Source: Auanema rhodensis (Eukaryota; Animalia; Nematoda). From it: DNA of 64,000 nt. The notes beneath the pieces were generated by a model. It was not told the DNA's origin and ran no database searches. It was given only the letters and a program-made list of their open reading frames with translations. Both the position numbers and the translations under genes were made by a program. This document shows positions 36,318 to 48,100 of this stretch, piece by piece. Each line of letters begins with the position of its first letter. Position 1 is the stretch's first letter. The DNA lies in assembly GCA_964057225.1 (NCBI GenBank), contig OZ059894.1, forward strand, positions 9,300,001 to 9,364,000, in the 5' to 3' direction.

Positions 36318-39300
36318 CTACATTCTGCACGAATCAGTACGGGCGGTATGCTCGGATGCAGTTTCTTCTTCTCCATCATCTCTTTCGTCAGAGTCTGAGT
36401 CATGTTCATATGCTTCGTTGGCACGTGCCATGTCGTTTCTGAATTACAAAAACTCATTGAACTATTTCAGGTATAGCCTTACAGATTAATTTCTTCAAAT
36501 TGTTGAGGTTCCTCCTCGATATTTTGTTGTCCCTAAGTTAAGAAGTTAAACAAGGGATGCAATGAATAAGTCAAACTTTGAAAGCCCATGGGTTGTTTGT
36601 AAGATTCTGTCCAGCTTTGCGAGCAGCTTCGGCCTCTAGCATTTCCTTCTTCAATTGTTCACGAATTTCTACTTGTGCAAGTTTATGCCCAGCCGCCAAT
36701 CTTAAATTCTAACAGTTAAAGATGAAGGATCGTAACTGATACCTAATCAAAGCGCGAGGAAGCTCATTTTCCAATCTTCCGTAATTTGCTTCAATCATCT
36801 GATCCATCAATGCCTTTCCTTTAGTTTCGGGTTGAAGGAAGAAACCTAAGATGAGAGTAATAGCAATCAACGCCTCAGGTACAACGAATGCTCCAGCCGG
36901 CCATGTTGATTTGAGAAGGGGTCCCAATACAAACAATCCAATGATACTTCCAATGTGTCTGAAACAAATTATTGCTATTAGATCACTCTGTTCGAACAGA
37001 ATTTACTTCACAGAGTGAAGGCATCCGAATGCACAGCAACGGATTACGGTAGGGTAACGTTGAGTTGTGATTTGAACGATATTGATAAGGAAAACACAAT
37101 CATTGATCATTGTTGTAATAATAACCAAAATAGTAACAACTGAAAAAGAATGTTAAAAAGATTATTTGAAAAGCTAAAATTACTTCTTTGATCATACTTG
37201 CCAGTTGTAAGAACAATGATAATAACTGCCCCGAATAAAGCAAACTCAGTGACTGCAAATGATACAACTTCGTTGGGATTTAATGTTAAACTGCTTACGT
37301 AAAGCTCCCACAAACTGTACCTTACGACCGAATCTAGGAATTGTGAGATCGAGAATAATTATGATAAATGGTGTAAACAAGCGGAAAACTCCATCAAGAA
37401 AGACGAACATAATGGGAGAATCTGAAGATATTAATTGATTGTAATAGATAATTAACTAATTATATACCATGCATTCCATTAACAGTATATAAATATGTAT
37501 TGGATACCATAGCATAGGTAAACATGGATAACATTTGCATTACTGATTGCTTAGCCAAACGAACTGAGCTGAAAACAAGAAAAAGGTTATACAACACAAA
37601 TTGGTAAGCTTAAAACCTGAAGAGATGATAGAAATTATAATATACGCGTTTATCCTCCGATGATTTGTGAATTGTAGAAATTGTATTTGTAGTAAATCTA
37701 GCTTTCGTATTATTCCATCGAGGATGTGCTATATCGTTTAAGACCTAAGAAATTTGAAATTATAATCATGAATAGAATATGATGTTAGTACTTACATCAC
37801 AAGCTTTATTTAGATTTCCATTTGCTATCAACCAACGAGGTGATTCCAAGAATAACATAGAAGCGATGGTTAGAGGACAACTGACTAAATTCAAAAACAC
37901 CAAATAGTTTTGCCAATCCTGAAACAAACATCAGTTTGAGTTGAATTAAGATAAAAATTTCATTTTTTCACCTTTGTTAGTAGAGCGATTAATGACATAA
38001 CCATATAAGCTAATGGCCATTGGTAAGCAGTAGCAAGAATAACACGATATCTACAAATAATATTTTTAAGTTTAGAAATGAAAAACTTATGCTAGAGCTT
38101 ACTTGTTGTTTGTATATTCCATCATCATTGTCAATGACGTCGTCTGAAATGCAATAATATGAAATAATTTCTTGAAATATGTATATTACTTCAATAACTC
38201 CGTATAAGAAACAATTGAATGCTTGTAAAACAGAGAAAGCAATCCAATCATGAGCAGCTGTACTCATTATTGAAGTTACAATAATCAAAAGCTGGGCATA
38301 GAAAAAGATTGTTTTACGTCCATACCAATCACCCATGTGTCCTCCAAAGATGGAACCCACAAGCTACAATACAAATAATTGATTAGAAAGCTTTAAGAAC
38401 ATTTGCGTACTGATCCTCCAGCTTGAATGATCTGAATCCATTTTACTTTATCCTCATCTTTACAAATTAACTTGAATGCTCCTACAACTGAATGAAATTC
38501 CACTGAACTTTTCTGAATTTTTATTTATTTTTGTAGAGAATTTCGAACTAACCACAGCAGTTAGCTGAATACATTCTCTTTCAATAATATCACATTTTAA
38601 ATCATTTGTTGGTGATGTAACTGAAAATAAACATAATTTAATAAAAAAAGAAAAGAAAATTCAATATTTTCATTCAAAGATCAGAAAGTTACGTACTGAC
38701 AGCTGTTGTACCGTCAGGGCGTGTGCAGTTCCAATCAGGTTCAAGTGAGCCAAGCACTTGCATAAACGTGGTATTTCCTATAACAAAGTGTCATTTTATA
38801 TTGTTTACATTGACATTTATAAGTTTTTTATAAGTTTTTTATGATTTTATTGTGCTTTTAGTCTATATTAATCAGCGTAACATTGAAATTTCTTCATAAA
38901 TTACTAGACGCTTTCGATAGACAGCCTCCGGGGGCTTCCGTTTCATTTGATAATCTATTGATAAGAAAGACAAATACGTATGAAACGTGGAATGTCTTAA
39001 TGTTAATTAATATTAAATCATTGAAAAAACTCATAAACAAACAATTTTATATGAATGTTTAATAACTTTTAGATGTATGACATTGGAAATTTGTGAAATT
39101 ATTACCTGCCCATTCGATTGAAGCGTAGAGAATTACGATAAAAGCAAAAATCTGATATGCTCCGAACGGATTGATTTTCTGAAAGAATAGAAAAACACAT
39201 AAATATGTAAGAAAAGGCTTGAAAATTTATTGAATTTTTAAGAGAAGCTTAACAATTTATGAATCAAAACAAGTTAATGATAAGAAAAGAAAACCAAAAT

Positions 39301-39659
39301 GTAAAACATTATGAACTGTACCATATGCCAGATGCGCTTCACATTGAGTCACATATACCCTTGATTACATTGAAAAGATTTCGAACTTTTATTTTTTTTT
39401 TTTGGTTTAAAAAATAAGTTTCAATGATGTGTATAGCATTAAAACTTGATTTACAAACCTGAAGAACTTCCTCAAAATGTGTGTAGAAAGCCACATTTGT
39501 CTTGTTCCTCCGCCTTCGAATAAATGCTGTCGGCCTGGAAATAAAAACATAAGTAATTTGAGATATTTAAGTAATGTGACTTTTATGATAAATAATATGT
39601 TTTTTTGAATAATAAAAAGATAATTACCCATCGGCACTAGATATGGTTGAGCCAACCAT
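36318..39659 (-). CDS. SLC22-family (OCT/OAT-like) MFS organic ion transporter
   Basis: THFEEVLQ|KINPFGAYQ N-terminus; extracellular loop with Cys residues and FHSVVGAFKLIC; GHMGDWYGRK (MFS motif A); MMEY; ESPRWL; FGRK; QRYPTVIR; LQPETKGK; acidic C-tail ending ...TDSCRM* at 36318. Confidence 0.92.
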
Positions 39660-40308
39660 GATTAGAAAGGAACCAAGAAGAAAATGATCTAAGGGTCTAT
39701 TTCTGCATGATGCTTATCAGAAGCTGCCGACAACTAGCTCATGCATAACAATACAACAATCGATTTTTGGATTAAACTTTTTGCTCCAAAAAAAAATAAT
39801 TTTTGTAACAAACTATACATATTTGGAATTTTTATCATGAAAAGTTGATAGTTTATGATGAACTAATAATTAAGATATTAAATCAATGATAAATCATGCT
39901 TGAACTTGATGCTTTCAACAGGAAACTTTTTTGAAACTTAGATTACCATACTTTACAATAGTCTGTAGAAAGGTATAGTATATGAAAGTTAATTATATAT
40001 GAATATTTGAAATATTTGAAATGAAATTGCAAATATGAATTACAAATATTTGATGAAATAACACAGGTATTATAGTATTCGTCATTATGTGTTCAAAGAA
40101 AGAATTTTCGAATATACGTTTAAGTATTAATAGTTAATTAAAAGAATTTTCAACTATCAAATAACATACTTAACTATATTAAATATGTGTATATTCGTTG
40201 ATTTAAACTTATTTCAAAGCTTAACTATGTTCATTACATAATAAGTTGTTTGATGTGTGGAAAAAAATGAAAAAAGAGAGAAAACATTATGAAATCCAAA
40301 TCACTTAC

Positions 40309-40367
40309 TCTTTTCTCGAATCCATCTTCGAGAGATGGGTAGAACCCGCAAGCTTTTCGTTTGTCAT
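40309..40367 (-). CDS. Alternative (distal) first coding exon of the SLC22 gene (MTNEKLAGSTHLSKMDSRKE-)
   Basis: TTTCAG acceptor at about 40430, ATG at 40367, perfect GTAAGT donor at 40308; ends in phase 2, the same phase as the proximal first exon. Confidence 0.6.
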
Positions 40368-40792
40368 TAGTGGACTACAGGATCAGGTTTGAAGCTATGA
40401 GTGAAGTCCAAGCGGGAAATGTCAAAAGACTGAAATATATGAAGAATCATGATCAGTATAGGGTAATAAAGATATGCAGAAGAGACAAGTGCTGATAAAA
40501 TTCAAACTTTTCTTTCATTTCTACTACTCATCTGGCTAACAGAAACAGGAAATTCACAATAATATACATAATTCTAATTGAGTAACTGTTTAGCAGGTAG
40601 ATATTCAAGCATTGTCTTCGAAATTAATTAAATTTTACTGACAACCAGTGCATGAATGGCAGGTACGGCGTGATTGCAGCAAACGTTATTGCTATGTTGT
40701 AGCCGTTAAAGGAGTTTCCAACTTTTTTTTCCGTTTTTTAAGTTATTTATTTACTTCTCCACCTGTCTTATAAACAAATAAATGTCATTAAC

Positions 40793-42878
40793 ATGATTAT
40801 TATAATGGTTGGGGTATGGTATACGTGTAGAACACCTACTATTGCCAGCCATCTATGTTTGTTTATGTTTCTGAATCAATAGGCTGAAAGTAGATATTCC
40901 ATGTTTCCGAAAGGTAATTTTCGTTATTACGTGCCTGAAATGAGTAAATACTATGACATAGCTGAATGGTAAGCGCTGTCCTCAGTTCATTATGCTCTTC
41001 TACCTCATTCCAGCATTTTTTGCAACATTTTTACCAACTAGCGTCAACTCAAGTAATCGTTATCATTTTTCTTTTCGAAATAGTCATTTATTAAGATGAA
41101 TCAGAGAATAAACGTCCTTTAGAAATAGCTGTTCTTTTGGATTCACCAAGACTAATTGACGTTGTAAGTTACTAATATTCTGAATACTTTTTTAAATTTT
41201 CTGATATTAAGGATGAATACACAAGTTCAATTACAATAGTCTTCAATCTACTCATTGAACCTATTAACAGAACTCAGAAAATTCCGGAAACATTCCAAAA
41301 ATTGAAGCATTCATCTCTTCTACATTTTGAAAATTCGTTAGTGTCAATATTTAAATTTTGAGATCTTATTCCGTTTTGGCTCACAAAGCAAAACGTTTGA
41401 TTCTGAATGCCTAAATGACATTTATAAAATTAAAAATAGATAAAAAAGGTTCAAGTCGAATTGGAAGAAAGCTTATCAATGAGATTTTCATTCAAACATT
41501 ATTTCAAAACACTTTTCTGCCTTCTATATCATGAAGAAACGGATTAGGACATCAACAATCTTAAATTTAAATTAAACTTTCGTTTTTAGAATTGTTGATT
41601 CTCCTACAAGCAGCCCATTACCTATTCTGTCGGTTGAGAGCTTTGGGCTAACTCGTGTAGTGAAGCTTCATTTACTATGTGATGTATTCAAGTTGGATAA
41701 CCATCCAAATGATGATCATACATGTCGATTATCGCTTATCTCAAATGTGTTGAATGCTACGAATCTATTGCTTGTACCTCATGTTACAACATTATCCACA
41801 TTGAAGGTAAAAGCTTATATTTCTATAGAGTATGTTGTTCCAACGAATATTCATTGTACAGGCAAATTTGAGATGGAAAGCCGACATTTCAAAAACATAC
41901 GTTCAATGGATTGTTCAAAACAACGAAACATATGAAAAGGTTTAATTCATAGCTGTATATGATGTAGAAAATAATTTTTATACTTTTAAAGGCAATATTT
42001 GAATGGAATGTCTATCGTCAAATGAATCGTACACATCTTGTTATTTGGGTTTTATATTTTTGGAATGTTTTCTCATTATCATTATCATATCCTCTTATTT
42101 GGAATGGAAAGCTATCAAAGGTTCAAAGGACTTCATTTCTATTTTCTCGCAAATCATCCTAAAAACCTTCAGCCATTTTCTTATGGAGCGTGGATGTGTG
42201 TGGGAGAAACCTTAATTCTGCTGTCGTTGTCATCTGATCCGATCTTATCAGACCGTTGGACAGCTGGATGTGAGTTGTATCAGATTCATGAACAATTGTT
42301 TCAAATTCACTTTCAGTTAGAAAAGCCTTCGCTCTATACTCGTATGGACTAGCATGCTGTACTCTATCGAACTACTTACCAGCATTGCTGTTAATGCTCC
42401 GTTTGCTACGAAGTGATGCTCATCCATATCCATCTCTGTATCCAAGTCCAGAAGAGCAAATAAGTTTAGATAGTGAGAGAACAAGGTTGAACTTTCATAA
42501 AATCAAGCACATCTGTATGAAGCTATATGTTACAGACTTACAGCAGTTCTTGACTCAGCCCGCCTAGATTCAGCTAGAAGCACACGAACAACTCAAATGG
42601 AATCATGCCTGGTTCTTAAGAAATTCTCCCAAACTTCTCAAACTTATTTCTTTTCAGGCAGAATTGAAATACACATTAGTTCATTTGAACGAATTTATGA
42701 ATTACAAAGCAAATGGCCAATATCGTAGGTCAGTTTCATACCTTTAAACATAAATTTTTCTAATTTAAAATCTTTTCTTTTTAGATTTTTATGGACATCA
42801 TCTTACAATAGACTACTAGCATTTATTGGTGTAATTTTGCAATTATTTAACGGTGCAATCTTTCTAATGTCCTTGTGA
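40793..42878 (+). CDS. Highly divergent pentameric ligand-gated (Cys-loop) ion channel subunit (lgc-type); 5' end unresolved
   Basis: Spliced in frame: ..FLPTSVNSNESENKRPLEIAVLLDSPRLIDV|DEYTSSITIVFNL (beta1-beta2 pattern); CDVFKLDNHPNDDHTC (Cys-loop-like); pre-M1 AIFEWNVYR; three hydrophobic segments; cytoplasmic loop; amphipathic AELKYTLVHLNEFM; FLWTSSYNRLLAFIGVILQLFNGAIFLMSL* (M4, stop 42876-42878). The start codon is uncertain (candidates 40652, 40793, 40901). Confidence 0.72.
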
Positions 42879-45053
42879 ACAGTAGTCATTTATAATAACA
42901 TTTACGTTATTTTTACGGATTTTTTTTCATTTTTTACTTTTTAAAGCAAAAAAATTAAGAAAAAACATATTTCCTACGATAACAAATATTTGAAAACTCA
43001 TTTTTATACCTCTATAAGTAAGCTTAAACTAGAATTTTTTGATGACTGCTTTATAGAAATGACAACAATGTTTATTTTTGAAATTCAAATAAATTCCTCT
43101 CTATTTTTCAATTTTTTTTTCAAATGATCTTAATATCAATGTAATTGTTTAATTGAATGTTCTTCTAAAGTTTAAACCTTGTTCTATATTTTGCTTTATC
43201 CAATTACGGTTGTAGTTCCGAGTCTCGAATCCGGAAATTATTGGTTTCGGTCAATTCGTTGCTAATGGAATAACGATCAAACAGTTTTCTTATCAAATCG
43301 TATATTTGCTTCATTTTGAAACTTTAATGAATCATGGCCGATTTGTAGCTAAACTACTCTTAAACTTTGTATCTTCCATCATCAGCGAAATTCGAACAAC
43401 CTACACTCAGCATCATTAACCAATCGGACAATCTGTGTAATAGATACATGTTTCTCTCGAAAAAGCTGTTTCTTTGGTCTTTAAAATCTGAAGTGATGAA
43501 AGTATTTTATGACATACTATGGCGTTAAGTGTTAAAGCATGATGTTAAAAAGGTTTAATTAAGTAGTCAAGTTTTATCTTATATTTTCTTTTGTCAAGAA
43601 TTCGTTACAATACTCTCTCACATATATTTGTAATAGAAGAAGCTTAAAAACTTATTTTCGAAGACTATATTGTTCAAAGGATCATATACTTTCACTTTCA
43701 TGGCTTCAAACAGATTTCTTGATTTGAACTAACATGGATACAATTTCCGAATCTGGACTTAATCGATCTCTCGAGCTATTGAACATAGAACTAAGATTGT
43801 CCATCGAGTTTGATCAGTTATTCGCTAAATACCACCTCTATTTGCTAACAGTGTTGTTCAATAGTTCAGTAAATAGAATTGTTTTTTTTCGATTAACTCT
43901 CAATACCGTAATCTTCATCATGAATCTGACGATTTATTCAAGTCTAACGTTTAAACGATATAATTAGGCAGCAACGAAAAAAAAATGAAAAATTCACAAT
44001 GGTTAACTATTCAAAAATCTAGATATGTTCACTGATAGAACCAAATATGGCGCATGACTGTTCTCAAAAAAAGAAAACAGAGATTGGCTTTCCAATTGTT
44101 GACAGCATTGTCTCACATAGTCTCATAGTTACTCGTCATCATTACATTCGAATACATATATGTATGTAGTCTGCGCGTGACCTACGTGATGATATTCTAG
44201 AAATAAATGATAATGAATTAGAAATAGTTCTCAAGAAAGGATATCATGACGTAGTCATTGACTGTTTTGTCTTGTAGAATGATGATCAATGAATTACATG
44301 TTAAAAGCAAAAGCAGCTATGATTCAGTCAATGACATCTAGTAAGTATTAGTTTTGCTGAATGATAACAATACATTTATCAGAGAATTATCTGAAGAATT
44401 CAGCAGAAGGGTGCACATACACTAAACATGTCCTCAATACATTGTATATTCTTAGCTTTCAATCTTACTAAAATAAAAATGTAATGTCTGAACAGAAAAG
44501 ACTGCGTATGTTTTCATTTTCCTATGTCCCAAATTAGAAAATGATTAGTGGCAAGCGCTGAATCTTCAAACCAAAGCGGTTTGATCTTTGAATCTTACCG
44601 AAAGCACAGTGTAGTTGATCGTTTCGTTCTGAAGAAGGATGAGTAGCAGAGAACGAGGTAAGAGACAGCTAAATGAATGAAGAAATTCCAAGACAAACGT
44701 ATGATTCTTCGTTTTCTTTTACCTTTGGTGACTATAAGGTTGTGTGTATGTTGGAATTCTGTGAAAAAGATAGATTGCAAGAGAAATTGCCTTGATGACA
44801 ATGATATTCATTTTCTTTATTCATCATCAACCCGTGAAAGCTGGAAATGATCAACGAACAGCAACTAGAATGAAATAAGTTCTCTCTAGCATGAATGAAG
44901 ACATTTAAAAATATGTTTATATGAAGCAATTAAGCTAGAACTATTATAGTTTCAGAAAAAATCGAAAAAATTTTGAACTTTTAAGCATAAAAATACCGTC
45001 GGATACTTGTTTCAATGAGTTCATTAGCATAAATTAATATTTATACTGAAGAT

Positions 45054-45108
45054 CTCGTGAAATTTACGTGACGTTCACGTGATCTTCACGAGATGTTCAC
45101 GTATATCA
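45054..45108. promoter_or_regulatory. Array of five E-box-like (CACGTG) elements with 11-bp period
   Basis: Units CTCGTGAAATT / TACGTGACGTT / CACGTGATCTT / CACGAGATGTT / CACGTATATCA; a perfect TCACGTGA at 45075-45082. Confidence 0.65.
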
Positions 45109-45159
45109 ATTACGGCATCTTTTGTAGTTTTTTTTTCATTTCAGTTTATGTGAGGCTCA

Positions 45160-45189
45160 ATGATCCGTCGTTCTAGCAGGATGAACAGT
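45160..45189 (+). CDS. Candidate distal first coding exon (MIRRSSRMNS) of the PTR gene
   Basis: TTTCAG acceptor at 45144, ATG at 45160, GTGAGT donor at 45190 (phase 0). It is in frame with the TTCTTAG acceptor at 49977, giving [23 protein letters not shown]. Confidence 0.5.
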
Positions 45190-48100
45190 GTGAGTTTTCT
45201 TTACATTTTTTTTTATTCTAAAGAAGCTGTATATGCTTGTACTCTGAGTAATTCTTTTTCCTTTTTGTATCGTAGATTATCCGGAAAAATTAATCCAGCT
45301 GAAAGAATCTTTTTACATTTATGTTATTACAATACTGAATATAGATTTAATTGCTTAATATTTCTTACTATGCTTACTCTGCTTAATCTATTTTAATGCT
45401 TATTCCGTTTTTTTTGTTGTAAAAAGATGTACATATGTACATGTAAGCAGCAGGTATCTCAACTTTTACTTGAATTCTTACCGGCATTTCTATATTTTCT
45501 CGATATACTAGATATAATCTAGTTTATTTAGTGAAATTTATTTCATATTTTAGAATCATTTAAACAAATATTATATATATATATGTATATGTGCTCTAAC
45601 TTTAAAACATTGAGCGATTTTCTATATATATTCTTTTATTACCTTCTTCCTTGACAGTCAGTTGTTGACCAGTTAATTGGTCAGTTGTGACTTAGCTCAT
45701 CCATCTCATCCACCTTCTTGTCTACAAGCTATTATAACTAGTCTCCCTCGTATTGAAATTCTTACCCTTCTTCTCCTCATCTACCGCTAGAAAGAAGAAT
45801 GAAGTAGCATGACGAAGGTATAGATGACCCACAAATTACCTATGAGACACCCTCTCTTGGTCATTAAAAGTCTCTTATATCTCAACACTTTAAACCAGCA
45901 AGAGTGTAAAAGCTTCAGACTTCCATCTAGAACACTCATCTTCAACAATTCCATTTTCTTCATTTACTGGCTATTAAAGATTTATTTCATTCTCATTTCA
46001 TGTCCGACCCATTAGATCTTCTCTACCTGATCGTGAAACTTCTAAGTTTGTTTATTTATTTCCTTCATGGAATCCAATTATCCCATTATATTGTCGTATT
46101 TTGATTAAAAAAGCTCTGTGAAATCTACTTATTCTTATCTTGAATACAGTTCTCTCATCCATACTACATGTATTCAGATGTGCGTTTTTGTTCTTTTCTC
46201 TCCAAAAGTGTGTTCATCTGTCAAAATCGTCATCATTAGGTTATCGCATTTTCTTTCTGACCACTTCTTCACCTTCAAAAGCCCTTCGTTCATATATAGA
46301 TCTTTCTCTGTATCTTTCAACCCTTCTTCACAGATCATTTACGCATTAGCTATCTAGCTGTATATTTTCTCCCTGCTGTGCTTGCTTCTTGTTTTCATGG
46401 TGTGATCAGATTATCATGTAGTACACTACAACTTAAGATTTCTTATATCATGATAATATATCTTATTTTTCAATTTATTCTTCTTTTCTCAAATTATGCT
46501 ATATACGATTCTTGTTTGATCCTGCTCATTTATTGCTATATCTAACTTCCTTGAACCTACTGGCTAGCATGGTAAAGTGAATTAGTGGACTGGTCTCTTG
46601 TTCTCTATGTTATTGCATCTTCGCTTTTTCTGGAACACCCACTTCAGCTCTTTTACTTTCTTTCTTTTATTTTCCATATGATCTCATATCATTAGTCATC
46701 ATAGACGAACTATTCGTCTGTCAAAATAATTAAAGTAGTTTATATGTCAGACTAGCCATACTATATAGACAAATGCCTTTTTGTCTTTTTCAATTTTCTA
46801 GAATTGTCCTCTTCATTCGCTTACCATTCACATCTCTTCTTACTGTTCCTGGGTATATGTACATACATCAATGTATATATACATATATACAAACATAGAA
46901 AACACATACGCGACTAAACGCCCATTTCATTCGCTTATCTCGTCTTCAGCATGTCCTCATTGTCATCTCAACTGTATCTGCTTCTAAGCCTGTCACATAC
47001 TGAGATGTCTTTCATCTTTTTGCCGATACTATTAATTATGCGTCAAACACCTTTTCAGCGAATTTACCTCTTTCGCAGCATCCCCTACACGTATTGTCCT
47101 AACTTACCCTTTTACCTTTCAATCATTCTCATTATCGTATGGACACATCGTTCTCATTCCTTTACAGACATTTCTTTTTGAACTCGACTGCTTCAGTTAG
47201 AGAACATTTGAAACCTTTCTCTTATGAAAAATTGTTTTTTCGTCTAATATTTGTTATATGCAATGTTCTCCATTCTTATATTTAATGCTTATCATTAGAA
47301 ATTATAAGAATTCTAGACTATGCTGTAATTTTATTTCAACAAAAATCTGAGACAATGTTACGAAAATCAATTCATAAATTAGTCGTCCGAACAAGTGTGA
47401 ACATATCATAACTGCCTAAACATTTGATCTTTTCTTTCTAAAATTATTGTGACCTCTGCTGCAAGCATAACAGACCCAAAAATATTCTGCATTCACTTTT
47501 ATCTCGTTCGCTCCCTTTTTCTCTCTCTATCATGTTCTCTCATCCTCTGCCTATTTCTCCCGAACATATCTTCATTTTTGTCTTTCATATTTTGCTAATA
47601 TGTCTTGTTTCTATCATCACCTCTCCAACTTTCAACGTTCTCTTTGGTTTTTTGAACTGATACACTAATTTCGTCTGCCATCAGTGTCATGACTATAATC
47701 CAAATACGGTGGCAGACCTGTGTGTAAAAACCGTATTTTTAGACTTTCTAGTTGTTTCATCAGGAAAACAAATGTTTGAGAAAAAAAAAGTTTGTTTTTC
47801 TCCCGCTTTAATAACCATACAAACTAATTGTAAATCTCTTTTTTTTTTCATTTTTGTTTTAGCCATTCAACTATTTCTATAATGATTGATTTAAGCTCTT
47901 CCTTGTTTCACAGATATACCTGTATGAACTATCATTGAGCTGAATATGACCAGCAGTTAGCTATTTCTGCTAATTTACAAACAGAAGAAACGATATCAAA
48001 CTTACAACTTGAACACAACTATCAATATTTCGATGTATCGAAATGTCAATTTGGCCACCCCCTTAAAAAGATTCATACTGTTCCTTAAGGTGGCCAAACG

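Noticed and set aside
43205-43240. tRNA/SINE-like fragment (TCTCGAATCC with a short hairpin)
   Set aside because: Imperfect B box, no A box at the proper spacing and no cloverleaf.
47913-48088. Apparent exon after the TTTCACAG acceptor (AEYDQQLAISANLQ...)
   Set aside because: All three frames from the acceptor hit early stops, and the open stretch has no start codon or usable acceptor.
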